Shown piece after piece: positions 39,860 to 50,250 of a stretch of 64,000 nucleotides of DNA; the stretch's first letter is position 1; every line of letters starts with the position of its first letter. Source of the DNA: an uncultured candidate division Zixibacteria bacterium (GTDB lineage: Bacteria > Zixibacteria > MSB-5A5 > GN15 > FEB-12); contig CAWDXE010000007.1 in the NCBI GenBank assembly GCA_963806185.1, positions 512,001-576,000 on the forward strand. The letters are read 5' to 3'. The notes below the pieces were generated by a model. The model did no database searches. It saw only the letters and a list, made by a program, of their open reading frames with translations, and was not told where the DNA came from. The position numbers and the translations under genes were made by a program.

Positions 39860-41890
39860 ATGAGATTTGAGCAAGCGTACTGGGCAGCGGCCGTATTCCT
39901 GGTAACGGCGCTCGTGCTGATCCTGAGATTTCGCAGACAGATTTCGGAGATAGATCGTCGCAGTTATGCCTTAATTGTCGCCGGCGTAGGGCTGCTTCTT
40001 CTGGCGTCGATAATGCAGATCGGCCGTGATTACCTGCCGGTTACCGCCGCGACTATGATGCCGCCGGCACTGTTTGTCCAACTGGTGTGGGGTATCATCG
40101 GCATCACGGGCCTTTCGTTAATGCTGATCGGCGTGACGAACTGGGTGCCGCTGGTGCGACGTCATCGCCAATTCAACGATGAGCGGTTCGGGCGGCTGAA
40201 TCTGCTTCGCCATCTGGAGCAGTTACTCACGGTGGAGCATCGCCTCGACGTCATTCTGACCAACACCCTCGAGAGTATTATCACACAGTACAATTTCTCT
40301 GCCGGATCGGTGCACAAGATAAGCGCCCGCGGCCGGAGAGTGCAGTTGACCGGGGCGAAGGGGATGTCATTCGAAGATGAGACGGAACTGCTGACGATGG
40401 CTTTCGAAGAGGATCGTTGGCTCGAATCCCGATCGAAACAATCGGCGCAGACGGTGACCGGTTTTTCCGGATTTCCCGAGGCTCTCGGACTACCCTGGAA
40501 GTGCCTGCCGGTGCTGGTCGATGATCGCGCCGTGGTCGTGTTTCTGTTCTGGGTTGATCGCTCATCATCTTTCACCGGTGAAGACGCACAGATCTTTTCG
40601 ATCATCGGAGACATTCTCTCTCGCAAGATCGCGGCCGATAGAGAGAGCTTCGCGCATCTCAATGCGATTTCCCGATTGTCATGGCGCAACCGGTTGGACG
40701 GCTGCTATAGCGGACGGCGTGACCTCAAGGAGAATCTGAAGGCGCTGGTCGAGCGACTGAGAGAGCAGCTCACGGTGGAGATTGCGTCACTGACCATTTT
40801 GCGCGATGATCGATCGGCCGCCCGGGCGACGGTCACGGCGAACGGCGCCTCGCTGATAGAACCGCGCGTCGAAGTGGGCGGTACCCGATCGCTGACGAGG
40901 CACGTGCTGTCGGGTGGTGAACCGGTGCTCATCACGGATACGAGAAAGAAAATGACGCTGGCGATTGAATCAGCCATGGGCGGCGAGTCGGTGCGATCCT
41001 TGATCGCGCAGCCTATCTCGGTGGATGCCGAGCCGTGCGGCATGCTCGTACTGGCCTCCACTGAGACGGATCGGTATACAAAATCGGACATTGGCATGCT
41101 CTCGACAATCGGGCCGGTGCTTGCGATGATGATTCGGGACTGGCGGCGCGCCGAGCGAGAGAGCAGAATTGTGGCGGCGGTCGGGCGGCTGGTGGCCGCG
41201 ACTGACGTGGCCGTCGTGGACAGCGAAACTGATCCGGTGTTCGGCGAAATGGCCGAGACGCTGCACGATATGCTCGGCATCGCGGCTGTGCGGATCATGA
41301 CGGTGAAAGACAATCGGGAAGCGCTGGAATCGCAGTCGTTGTATACTTCCGGGGATCTGAGGCTGGCTTTGGGGGCGACTGAAAGCATCGACATGGCATT
41401 GCTGCCGGCACATGGTGATGTGGTGAAGCGCGCGGCCATGCTGACCGCCATCCCGGCGATGCGGATCGACAGCGTCGAGGCGCGGCAGGTATACGGGTGC
41501 GAGGTTCAGCTGGCCCGAATCGAACCGGTGTTGTTGCATGGACGGGTGATTGCCCTGATCTCAGTCGGTGTTCAATCAGCCGTGCTTCCGGCCCACACCG
41601 ACAAATGGCTTCATATTGTGTCGCGGCTTCTGACCATTGCCGTGCTCACGGCCCGAAGACCGGGAGCGGGCAAATTGTCAATGTCTGATCGGATTCTGCG
41701 TGCCAAAAGCGGCGAACTGCGCATGCGCAGCAAGATGAAATCGTCGCTTACAGGGATCCTTGGATCACTGGAGATACTCAAGTCACAGTCGGGTCAGGAA
41801 GAGGGGAATCTGGAGAGGTACCTGTCGATTATTGATCGATCGGCCCGTCGACTCCAGACCTACCTGGAGGGGGCGCGAGAGACTGAGTAG
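39860..41890 (+). CDS. Membrane multi-GAF-domain protein ending in a degenerate HisKA-like helix pair
   Basis: Three N-terminal TMs, GAF motifs (VRSLIAQPI..CGMLVLAS..YTKSDIGML) and C-terminal MKSSLTGILGSLEIL...YLSIIDRSARRL. Confidence 0.75.
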   Translation: MRFEQAYWAAAVFLVTALVLILRFRRQISEIDRRSYALIVAGVGLLLLASIMQIGRDYLPVTAATMMPPALFVQLVWGIIGITGLSLMLIGVTNWVPLVRRHRQFNDERFGRLNLLRHLEQLLTVEHRLDVILTNTLESIITQYNFSAGSVHKISARGRRVQLTGAKGMSFEDETELLTMAFEEDRWLESRSKQSAQTVTGFSGFPEALGLPWKCLPVLVDDRAVVVFLFWVDRSSSFTGEDAQIFSIIGDILSRKIAADRESFAHLNAISRLSWRNRLDGCYSGRRDLKENLKALVERLREQLTVEIASLTILRDDRSAARATVTANGASLIEPRVEVGGTRSLTRHVLSGGEPVLITDTRKKMTLAIESAMGGESVRSLIAQPISVDAEPCGMLVLASTETDRYTKSDIGMLSTIGPVLAMMIRDWRRAERESRIVAAVGRLVAATDVAVVDSETDPVFGEMAETLHDMLGIAAVRIMTVKDNREALESQSLYTSGDLRLALGATESIDMALLPAHGDVVKRAAMLTAIPAMRIDSVEARQVYGCEVQLARIEPVLLHGRVIALISVGVQSAVLPAHTDKWLHIVSRLLTIAVLTARRPGAGKLSMSDRILRAKSGELRMRSKMKSSLTGILGSLEILKSQSGQEEGNLERYLSIIDRSARRLQTYLEGARETE

Positions 41891-41974
41891 TCACACATGT
41901 ATCTTGTTGTTGTTTAGCGTATTGCGTCAATCAATTAGAGTTGATTGTCCGTTGAAGCCGCCGGTGAATCGATC

Positions 41975-42003
41975 TTGCCCTGGCGGCTGTTTCATAGTAT
42001 ATT
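41975..42003 (+). promoter_or_regulatory. Putative sigma70 promoter of the rib operon
   Basis: TTGCCC-N17-TATATT, placing +1 just before the riboswitch. Confidence 0.55.
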
Positions 42004-42011
42004 GATCAGAC

Positions 42012-42133
42012 AAATTCTTCGGGGCGAGGTGAAATTCCTCGATCGGCGGTACAGCCCGCGACTCGGCAGAAATGGCCGACTGAGCCTGGGAAGTTCAGGC
42101 GCCGACGGTAATAGTCCGGATGGGAGAAGATAT
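42012..42133 (+). ncRNA. FMN riboswitch (RFN element)
   Basis: ATTCTTCGGGGCGAGGTGAAATTCCTCGATCGGCGGT..AGCCCGCGA..GCCGACGGT..AGTCCGGATGGGAGAAGA upstream of the rib genes. Confidence 0.95.
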
Positions 42134-42161
42134 CGACGCGCCGGTCGTGGTGTGTCGGCTT

Positions 42162-42198
42162 GCCATACCCCGAGGAACGTCCGGGGTTTTTTTATGGC
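42162..42198 (+). terminator. Riboswitch expression platform (terminator/start-codon sequester)
   Basis: ACCCCG...CGGGGT followed by a T run; GCCATA can also pair with TATGGC over the ribD ATG. Confidence 0.65.
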
Positions 42199-43303
42199 GA
42201 CCTCTGTGGACAAAGTATACATGAAACGAGCGCTCGACCTCGCTGCGCGAGGCCGCGGAATGACATCGCCTAATCCGATGGTGGGCGCGGTCGTAGTGCG
42301 GCATGGGCGGATTGTCGGGGAGGGGTATCACCACGGTACGGGCAAACCGCACGCGGAGATTCTTGCTCTGAAGCAGGCGGGGGAGAGGGCCAAAGGCGCC
42401 ACGATTTATGTGACGCTGGAGCCATGCTGCCACACCGGTCGAACCGGTCCGTGCACGGAGGCCTTGATTGCGGCAGGTATCGCGCGGGTTGTCTACGCCA
42501 CAAAAGACCCTGATCCTCGGGTGAATGGGCGCGGCGCCGCCCGACTCCGTCGCGCAGAAATAGTCACCTCTGGCGGCATCCTGTCGAGTGAAGCCCAAGA
42601 TCTCAATGAGTATTATTTCACGTACCACAAATATGGCCGACCGTTTGTCATTCTAAAACTGGCGCAATCGCTCGACGGACGAATTGCCACGTCGACCGGC
42701 GATTCGAAATGGATCTCCGGGCCGGAATCCCGTGAGTGTGTTCACCGGCTCAGGGCCGAGGTTGACGCTGTGGTGGTTGGCATGGGGACGGTGCGGCAGG
42801 ACAATCCCGCGTTGACGGTGCGACTGGTCCGTGGTGGTAACCCGCACCGGATAGTGCTCACCAATTCGCACAAGTTTCCTCCGAGGAGCAAACTGCTGAG
42901 TCAGGCAGGCGACGGCCGGACCATCATTGCCTCGTCACGGGAGAGCAACGAGCGCTTTGCCCGGCGCAATCGAAACCGTGATCTGATTTATTGGGACGTG
43001 AGGATGAGTGAAGAGGGGCAGGTTGATCTCAAAGTTTTGTTGAAGCGAGCGGGGCAATTCGGATTCCGATCGATGCTGGTGGAAGGTGGGGCGGAGGTGG
43101 CAACGCAGTTCTTGAAGCAGCGTCTGGTCGACAAAGTGTTGTTCTTCACGGCGCCGATGGTAATTGGTGCCGGTAGGGACGCGATTGGTGAGCTGGGTGT
43201 GCGGCGGATTGCAGAGGCGATGACATTTGAGAGGAGCCGTTTCGAAAAGCTGGGCAACGACAATCTGTTTGTTGGTTATCCCGCGAAACGAACGGGCATC
43301 TGA
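42194..43303 (+). CDS. ribD: Bifunctional pyrimidine deaminase/reductase
   Basis: PNPMVGAV, HAE, TLEPCCH..GPC, SLDGRIA, DNPALTVR and LVEGGA. Confidence 0.96.
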   Translation: MATSVDKVYMKRALDLAARGRGMTSPNPMVGAVVVRHGRIVGEGYHHGTGKPHAEILALKQAGERAKGATIYVTLEPCCHTGRTGPCTEALIAAGIARVVYATKDPDPRVNGRGAARLRRAEIVTSGGILSSEAQDLNEYYFTYHKYGRPFVILKLAQSLDGRIATSTGDSKWISGPESRECVHRLRAEVDAVVVGMGTVRQDNPALTVRLVRGGNPHRIVLTNSHKFPPRSKLLSQAGDGRTIIASSRESNERFARRNRNRDLIYWDVRMSEEGQVDLKVLLKRAGQFGFRSMLVEGGAEVATQFLKQRLVDKVLFFTAPMVIGAGRDAIGELGVRRIAEAMTFERSRFEKLGNDNLFVGYPAKRTGI

Positions 43304-43935
43304 TGTTCACAGGATTGATAGAAACTGTCGGTACACTGGTCGAGTCCGGTGCGCGGAGCAATTACCGGGTGTTGACCATTGAAGCGCCGGCATTCGAGAA
43401 GGTGGCGCTCGGGGAGTCAATTGCCTGTGACGGCGCGTGCCTGACCGTGACGGCGGTGGCCGGAACCAGGTTCACGGTGGAGGCCTCGCAGGAGACGGCG
43501 AAGCGAACGACACTCGGCGGATACAAGCTGCGCGACCGGATTAATCTGGAGCGGTCGCTCCGGGTGGGTGACCGGATGGGGGGGCATTTCGTCACCGGGC
43601 ATGTCGACGACCGGGGGGCTGTCGATTATCTCCGACCAATTGGGGGATCGCTGGAACTGGCGGTGAATTTTGACCCTGCTTATGATAGGCTGGTAGTTGA
43701 AAAGGGTTCGGTGGCAATCAACGGCGTATCGCTCACCATCAATGCGGTGCGCGCCGGATGGCTCAGCGTGAATCTGATTCCCCACACAGCCAAAGAGACC
43801 ACGCTGGGAGCATTGACTTCGGGACAGCAGGTCAATCTGGAATTTGATTTGATAGGCAAGTACATCGCACGATATACCGGTCACGGCGCCCAGGCCGGCG
43901 TGACCGCGGAGATGTTGTTGAAGAACGGATGGTGA
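43303..43935 (+). CDS. ribE: Riboflavin synthase (alpha chain)
   Basis: [28 protein letters not shown] and NGVSLT. Confidence 0.96.
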   Translation: MFTGLIETVGTLVESGARSNYRVLTIEAPAFEKVALGESIACDGACLTVTAVAGTRFTVEASQETAKRTTLGGYKLRDRINLERSLRVGDRMGGHFVTGHVDDRGAVDYLRPIGGSLELAVNFDPAYDRLVVEKGSVAINGVSLTINAVRAGWLSVNLIPHTAKETTLGALTSGQQVNLEFDLIGKYIARYTGHGAQAGVTAEMLLKNGW

Positions 43936-45158
43936 TCATGCACGACGAGATCATAAAGTACAACACTATTGAAGAGGGCATAGCGGACATTCGCGACGGG
44001 AAGTTCGTGATAGTCGTGGACGATGAGGATCGTGAGAACGAAGGCGACTTCCTCATGGCGGCAGAGAAAATCACGCCGGAGACGGTGAACTTCTTTGCCA
44101 TGCACGGCCGGGGGCTAATCTGCGTGGCGATCACGGATGAACGCATGGAGGCGCTGCGACTGCGACAGATGGTAGAGCAGAGCACGGCCAAGTTGGGAAC
44201 GGCATTCACGGTTTCGGTGGATGCGATCGAGGGAACGACCACCGGCATATCGGCGTATGATCGTGCTCTCACCATCAAGCTTCTGGCGGACGATCGTACC
44301 CGGCCGGAGGAGCTGGCCCGGCCGGGTCATGTCTTTCCACTGCGGGCGGCCAAAGGGGGCGTGTTGACGCGGGCCGGGCATACGGAGGGGGCAGTTGACC
44401 TGGCGCGGCTGGCCGGCTGCAAACCCGCGGGCGTACTTTGTGAGATCATGTCACCTGACGGCAGTATGGCGCGGGCGCCGGAGTTGTACCAGGCGGCAAA
44501 AACATACGGCGTCAAACTCATAACCATTCGTGATCTGATCGCCTACCGGCACCGGACGGAATTACTGGTGAAGAAAATGGCGGCTGTCGACTTCCCGACT
44601 CGATACGGCGATTTCACCCTGCACATGTATCATTCGGAAGTCGACGACCACCACCATCTGGCGATTGTCAAGGGAGATATCAAGGAGCAGAAGAATGTCC
44701 TGGTGCGGGTGCATTCGAGCTGCCTGACCGGCGACGTGCTCGGATCGTGCCGTTGCGACTGCGGGACGCAGTTGCACAGCGCGCTTCGACAGATCGAAGC
44801 GGAGGGGAAGGGAGTAGTCCTGTACATGCGCCAGGAGGGGAGAGGCATTGGCCTGGCCAACAAGATCCTGGCCTATGAATTACAGGACAACGGCCACGAT
44901 ACGGTGGAGGCGAACGAAAAGCTGGGATTTCGGGCCGACCTGCGCGATTACGGGATCGGTGCTCAGATCCTGGTCGATTTGGGACTTTCGTCCATCCGGC
45001 TGTTGACGAACAATCCGAAAAAGGTTATTGGTCTCCAGGGGTATGGACTTGAAATCGTGGAACGAGTGCCGATTCAGGTGGAGCCGACAAAACATAACGC
45101 TCGGTATTTGGAGACAAAGCGAGATAAGCTCGGGCATTTGCTCGATTTTACGAAATAG
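43929..45158 (+). CDS. ribBA: Bifunctional DHBP synthase / GTP cyclohydrolase II
   Basis: [41 protein letters not shown] and LLTNNP. Confidence 0.97.
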   Translation: MVIMHDEIIKYNTIEEGIADIRDGKFVIVVDDEDRENEGDFLMAAEKITPETVNFFAMHGRGLICVAITDERMEALRLRQMVEQSTAKLGTAFTVSVDAIEGTTTGISAYDRALTIKLLADDRTRPEELARPGHVFPLRAAKGGVLTRAGHTEGAVDLARLAGCKPAGVLCEIMSPDGSMARAPELYQAAKTYGVKLITIRDLIAYRHRTELLVKKMAAVDFPTRYGDFTLHMYHSEVDDHHHLAIVKGDIKEQKNVLVRVHSSCLTGDVLGSCRCDCGTQLHSALRQIEAEGKGVVLYMRQEGRGIGLANKILAYELQDNGHDTVEANEKLGFRADLRDYGIGAQILVDLGLSSIRLLTNNPKKVIGLQGYGLEIVERVPIQVEPTKHNARYLETKRDKLGHLLDFTK

Positions 45159-45170
45159 GAAGAGGCAGGA

Positions 45171-45635
45171 ATGAATATCCTTGAGGGAAAACTGAATGCC
45201 ACCGGGCTGAAGTGTGCTCTGGTGGTCAGTCGTTTCAACAACTTCTTCACCGACAAACTTCGCGACGGGGCGCTGGATTGTCTGGTGCGGCACGGCGGCC
45301 TTGAAGCTGACCAGACGGTTGTGTACGTGACCGGATCATTTGAAATTCCGGCGGTAGCCGCGCGGCTGGCGAAGGCAGGGCGGTACGACGCCGTTATCTG
45401 CCTCGGCGCTGTAGTCCGGGGCGATACGCCGCATTTTGATTTTGTGGCCGGCGAGAGTGCCAAGGGAGTTGCCGCGCTGGCGATGCAGGCGCAGATTCCG
45501 GTGGTCTACGGCGTGATCACGACGGACAATCTGGAGCAGGCGATTGAGCGGTCCGGCACCAAGGGGGGAAACAAGGGATGGGATGCCGCCATGACGGCGA
45601 TCGAGATGGTCAGTCTTTACCGGGCGATAGGGTAG
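45171..45635 (+). CDS. ribH: 6,7-dimethyl-8-ribityllumazine synthase
   Basis: SRFN, GSFEIP, LGAVVRGDTPHFD and GNKGWDAA. Confidence 0.97.
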   Translation: MNILEGKLNATGLKCALVVSRFNNFFTDKLRDGALDCLVRHGGLEADQTVVYVTGSFEIPAVAARLAKAGRYDAVICLGAVVRGDTPHFDFVAGESAKGVAALAMQAQIPVVYGVITTDNLEQAIERSGTKGGNKGWDAAMTAIEMVSLYRAIG

Positions 45636-45639
45636 ATCG

Positions 45640-46068
45640 ATGATAGAACTACAACGTCGGCATGCCCGCGAGCTGGTGCTCAAGGCGCTATATGCAAATG
45701 AAACCGGTGAGGTCGCCGAGAGTGATGCTTTGCGGACCATCATCACGGACCCGGAGTTGGCTTCGAAAGCACAGGAATTCGCCATCAACCTGTTCAAGGC
45801 GACGCGAAAATACCGCCTTCAAGCGGACACGGCAATCAGCAACCTGGCAACCAACTGGTCGCTGGAGCGGATTGCCGAACTGGACAAGCACATCATGCGG
45901 ATGGCGATGGTTGAGCTGACGGTGATGCCGGACGTGCCGGCCAAAGTGGTCCTGAACGAGGCAATCGAGTTGGCCAAGACCTATTCGACGGCGGAATCAT
46001 CGTCCTTTATTAACGGAATTCTCGACCAGTTCCTGAAGAAAGTGGAGCGGCTGGCCGAGCCGGTCTGA
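45640..46068 (+). CDS. nusB: Transcription antitermination factor NusB
   Basis: RRHARE, NWSLERI, VVLNEAIELAK and FINGILD. Confidence 0.95.
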   Translation: MIELQRRHARELVLKALYANETGEVAESDALRTIITDPELASKAQEFAINLFKATRKYRLQADTAISNLATNWSLERIAELDKHIMRMAMVELTVMPDVPAKVVLNEAIELAKTYSTAESSSFINGILDQFLKKVERLAEPV

Positions 46069-46173
46069 GCCGGACTTCGGAAAACAGAACTGGACTTAGT
46101 TCGGCCAAAAGGGTATTTTGCCGACCGTTGCCGCGTATAAGATTGCGGCGCGCAGTGGATTGCTCCTTTTGGG

Positions 46174-49137
46174 ATGAAGCTCTATTTTGGCGACAGATTT
46201 GACCGCACCAATGCCCTGGTAGCCACGGGCGTTTGGTTGTTTATTCTGGTCATTTTTACCCTTACCAAAGCCCCGACCGTTTCATTTTGGGATTGCGGAG
46301 AGTTCATCGCCGCGGCCAACATTCTCGGGGTGCCGCACCCGCCGGGGACGCCGTTATACGTGATGGTATCGCGGCTGTTTATCCTCAATCCGTTTATTGC
46401 CGACATGGGCGCGCGGATCAACTGGCTTTCCTCCCTCACATCGTCGCTGGCCGCCCTTTTCGGGTATCTTGCAGCAGTGCGGATTCTTCGGCCGTGGCTC
46501 GGCAATCCGAGCGACACGTATGGCCGTTTTATCATGTACGCCGGGTCGGCGGCGGGGGCAATGTTCCTCGCGTTTAATCTGACGCAGTGGTCAAATTCGA
46601 TCGAAGCGGAAGTCTATGGCTTCTCGATGACGATCCTCGGAGCGATTTTCTGGCTGTCGTTGGTCTATCACCAGCTGCCCGAAACGCGCACAGCGTATCG
46701 GATCATGTTGCTCATCGTATATCTGGCCTTTCTGGGAATCGGCGTTCACATGACAACGTTTCTCATTTTCCCGGTAGCAGCGCTCTTCTTCGTTCTCAAG
46801 AAGGGATCGCCCGTCAAGGTCTGGTTCCTGATGGCGACCTTTGCCTTTCTCGAGTTGTATTACATTTTCGGCTTGTCGTCTCGCCCGGGAGAGATCCCGG
46901 CCTACTTCCCGGCCCTGGTGGCGCTGGTGTTGTTTCTGTTCTATGCTCTGTCTGCGGAGCGGGTGTCGACCGTCATGCTGGGGCTGGCGGGCGCTCTGGC
47001 CCTAGCGGCCAGTCCGATTCTATCGGCCATCCTGCCTGAGCAACAGGTTCTGTTTACGGTGCTTTCCTACGCCGGCCTCGTCATATGCAACGGACTCGCG
47101 ATCTGGTTCGTGATTTTGCACGTGAGGTCGCGTCGGATCGGCGAATCGACTGGTGACCACTTTATCATACCGGCGTTGTTTGTGCTGGTGGTCGACTTGC
47201 TGATGCTGATGCACCTGAGTCACCTGCACGGATACCGAGCGTTCCTGATCGTCACAGTGATTTTCGGACTGCTCATCGGGCTGTTGATCCGGCGGCACAT
47301 CAACTGGCCGGTCTTGATCGTCATCGCGGGCACGTCGCTGGTTATCATCGGCGTGTGGCAATTCGTGTACGGAACGCTGGCCGTTATTGTGGTCGCTCTG
47401 GCCCTTTGGGGTATTACCCGCAACGTTGCATGGGCGGCCGCGGCCCTTATTGCGATCGCGGCGATGGCCGGGTACTCAAATCATCTGTACATCCCGATCC
47501 GGTCGGACCAGAATCCATATATCAACGAAAATAGTCCGGGGCAGAGTGTGGCGGCGACCGTTGGCTACCTGGAACGAAAGCAATACGGTTCGGAATCGAT
47601 GGTCGAGCGAATGTTTGATCGTCGCGCCGAGTGGACGAACCAGTTCGGGATGCATCGCCGCATGGGGCTTTGGGGCTTCTTTCACCAGGAGTATGGTGTG
47701 CCTGGCGGCCGCTTTGCGGTCGTCCTTTTACTTGGGCTGGTTGGCGTGTGGGAGGCAATCCGGCGAAAGCCGGAGACCGGCCTGTTTCTGGCGTTGCTGA
47801 TCATCATTGGGTCTGTCGGACTGGTCTTGTACATGAATTTTGCCGACGGCACAAGGTACAATCCGTCGGCCGGCGGGAACGACTACCTGGAGGTCCGCGA
47901 CCGGGATTATTTCTTCACCCCGGCGTTTATGTATTTCGGACTGGCCATCGGCATCGGGATGACGATGCTCATATACTTGATTCGTCAGGGAATTGCGAAG
48001 TTCCATGCGGCGCCGCGACGAATCATACTGGCGGCCGTTTGCGTGTTGTTTCTGCTGCCGGGAGTAACTATCGCCGCCAATTGGACTTTGTCGGACCGCT
48101 CCAATAATTATATACCGTACGATTATGCGTGGAATCTGCTGCAGTCGGCTGATCCAAATGCCGTGCTTTTCACGGCCGGCGACAACGACACATTCCCTCT
48201 GTGGGCGCTGCAGGAAGCGTACGGCATACGCAAGGACGTTCGCATAGTCAACCTGTCGCTTGGAAACACCAAGTGGTACATCAAACAGGTGCGCGACTAT
48301 ATGGGACTGGACCTGAAAATGTCGGACGATGAGATAGACAAGATGGTGCCGTACCGGTATCCCGATGGGCGCACGTTCCGGATTCAGGATCAGTTAATCG
48401 ATGCGATCATCACCAACAATGCCGCGAGCGTGCCGATTAATTTCTCGATCACGGTTGATGCAGCCTCGCGGCGATATCTCGGAACACAGCTTGACTCAAT
48501 GATGATACTCCGTGGTGCGGCGTTCCGTTTGCGCGACCGCAAGGGGCCGGCGATCGATATGGAAGCGACCGAGGACCTGTTGACCAACACGTTCCGCTTC
48601 CGGGGTCTGAATGATCCTGCGGTCTACAAGGACGAGGCGACGTTGCGGACGTTGACCAACATCCCGCAGATCTTTCTGGCCGTGGCGGACAGCTTGCTGG
48701 GCGCGGGCGAGAAGGAGAAGTCGCTGGAGTTCACCAGGAGAGCGGTCGATTTGATGCCCTTTTCCACTGATGCGGTCAATGCGCTCACGGCTCGATACGC
48801 GGATGCGGTGATGATCCCTGAACTGAAGGGGCTGTTGGGTCGGTCGTATATCGACGAAAAGCGAGTGAACGTCGCAATTGCCCGCGCTTATCGGAAAACA
48901 GGGCAAACGGCCGAAGCGGAGGCGCTACTCAAGAATGTACTGGCGGCGAATCCAACGTATCGGCAGGCGCTGGATGAACTGATGCGAATATACGTCCAGA
49001 GTGACAATACTTCGGCATTCAAGGAAACGCTCCGTAACTGGATTTCCGCAAATCCCACGGATAATCAGATGATCCAGTTGTTTAGACAACTTGAAGATGC
49101 CGAGCGCCAGGCCCGAGACAGCGGGAAGTCGAAATGA
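46174..49137 (+). CDS. DUF2723 (TMEM260-like, GT-C-fold) polytopic membrane protein with C-terminal TPR
   Basis: PTVSFWDCGEFI..GVPHPPGTPLY, EAEVY, EVRDRDYFF and FTAGDNDTFPLW. Confidence 0.88.
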   Translation: MKLYFGDRFDRTNALVATGVWLFILVIFTLTKAPTVSFWDCGEFIAAANILGVPHPPGTPLYVMVSRLFILNPFIADMGARINWLSSLTSSLAALFGYLAAVRILRPWLGNPSDTYGRFIMYAGSAAGAMFLAFNLTQWSNSIEAEVYGFSMTILGAIFWLSLVYHQLPETRTAYRIMLLIVYLAFLGIGVHMTTFLIFPVAALFFVLKKGSPVKVWFLMATFAFLELYYIFGLSSRPGEIPAYFPALVALVLFLFYALSAERVSTVMLGLAGALALAASPILSAILPEQQVLFTVLSYAGLVICNGLAIWFVILHVRSRRIGESTGDHFIIPALFVLVVDLLMLMHLSHLHGYRAFLIVTVIFGLLIGLLIRRHINWPVLIVIAGTSLVIIGVWQFVYGTLAVIVVALALWGITRNVAWAAAALIAIAAMAGYSNHLYIPIRSDQNPYINENSPGQSVAATVGYLERKQYGSESMVERMFDRRAEWTNQFGMHRRMGLWGFFHQEYGVPGGRFAVVLLLGLVGVWEAIRRKPETGLFLALLIIIGSVGLVLYMNFADGTRYNPSAGGNDYLEVRDRDYFFTPAFMYFGLAIGIGMTMLIYLIRQGIAKFHAAPRRIILAAVCVLFLLPGVTIAANWTLSDRSNNYIPYDYAWNLLQSADPNAVLFTAGDNDTFPLWALQEAYGIRKDVRIVNLSLGNTKWYIKQVRDYMGLDLKMSDDEIDKMVPYRYPDGRTFRIQDQLIDAIITNNAASVPINFSITVDAASRRYLGTQLDSMMILRGAAFRLRDRKGPAIDMEATEDLLTNTFRFRGLNDPAVYKDEATLRTLTNIPQIFLAVADSLLGAGEKEKSLEFTRRAVDLMPFSTDAVNALTARYADAVMIPELKGLLGRSYIDEKRVNVAIARAYRKTGQTAEAEALLKNVLAANPTYRQALDELMRIYVQSDNTSAFKETLRNWISANPTDNQMIQLFRQLEDAERQARDSGKSK

Positions 49138-50250
49138 ACATCCTGGCCCTGAACTGGAACGACCTGGAGAATCCGTATGGCGGCGGAGCAGAGGTACACC
49201 TGGAAGAACTGCTGCGGCGGCTCGTGACTTAGCGGTCACACGGTCACGCTTTTCTGTTCCGGGTGGCCGGGGTGTGCGCCGGAAGAGGTCATCGAAGGAG
49301 TTCGCATCATTCGCCGGGGCGCGCGTTCGACCTTCAATCTGGTCACGCCACTGCACCTGCCGGGGATAGTCAAGTCCGGGAACTTTGATCTGCTGATCGA
49401 GGACATCAATAAGATTCCATTTTACACGCCGTTGTATGTGAAGATCAGGACGCTGGTGGTGGTTCCGCACCTGTTTGCCTCGACGGTGTTTCAGGAGATC
49501 AACCCGATAGTCGGCTCGTATATCTACCTGGCGGAAAAGCCGCTCGTGCCGGTGTATCGCGGTCGGATGTTTAATGTGATCTCGGAATCGACGGCGCAGG
49601 ATATCATCGCCCGGGGAATTCCACGGGAGGACATGTCAGTCATTCACTGCGGTATTGACCGCACGGTGTATTTTCCTGACCCCAAGGTCGCCAAGTACGA
49701 TCGGCCGACCATTCTGTACCTCGGCCGGATAAAGAAATACAAATCAGTGCAGCACTTGCTGGTGGCGTTTGCGAAAATCAAACGGAGTGTGCCGGACGCC
49801 CGGCTGATGGTAGTGGGGGCAGGGGATTACCTGCCGGAATTGCAGAAGCTGGCGGCGGCATTGGAGTTCGGCAGTAATGTCGAATTTCCGGGTTTTGTAT
49901 CACAGGACGATAAGGTAGACCGGATGCGCCGATCCCACGTCAGTGTGCTGCCGTCGATCCGTGAAGGGTGGGGGTTGACTAATATCGAAGCCAATGCGGT
50001 GGGCACGGCGGTGATCGCGGCCAATTCGCCCGGACTTCGAGATTCCGTCGTCGACGGCGAGACCGGTTTTCTTTATGAGTACGGTAATACCGATCAACTG
50101 GCGGAACGTTTATTGCGCGTGCTGACCGACCAGGCGTTGCGTGAATCACTGGAGCGGGGGGGGCTGAAGTGGGCGGCGCGATTTGACTGGGATATCGCCG
50201 CGAAGGCGTTTGAGAAGTTGTTATTTGACGTCATGAAGCGAGCGAAATGA
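49134..50250 (+). CDS. GT4-family glycosyltransferase, split by a +1 insertion at ~49230
   Basis: MNILALNWND..GGAEVHL in frame 1; GHTVTLFC...YLGRIKKYK..EGWGLTNIEANA in the next frame. Confidence 0.88.

Noticed and set aside
41945..42193. N-terminal extension of RibD in the ORF track
   Set aside because: It overlaps the promoter and FMN riboswitch; homology starts at 42194 or later.
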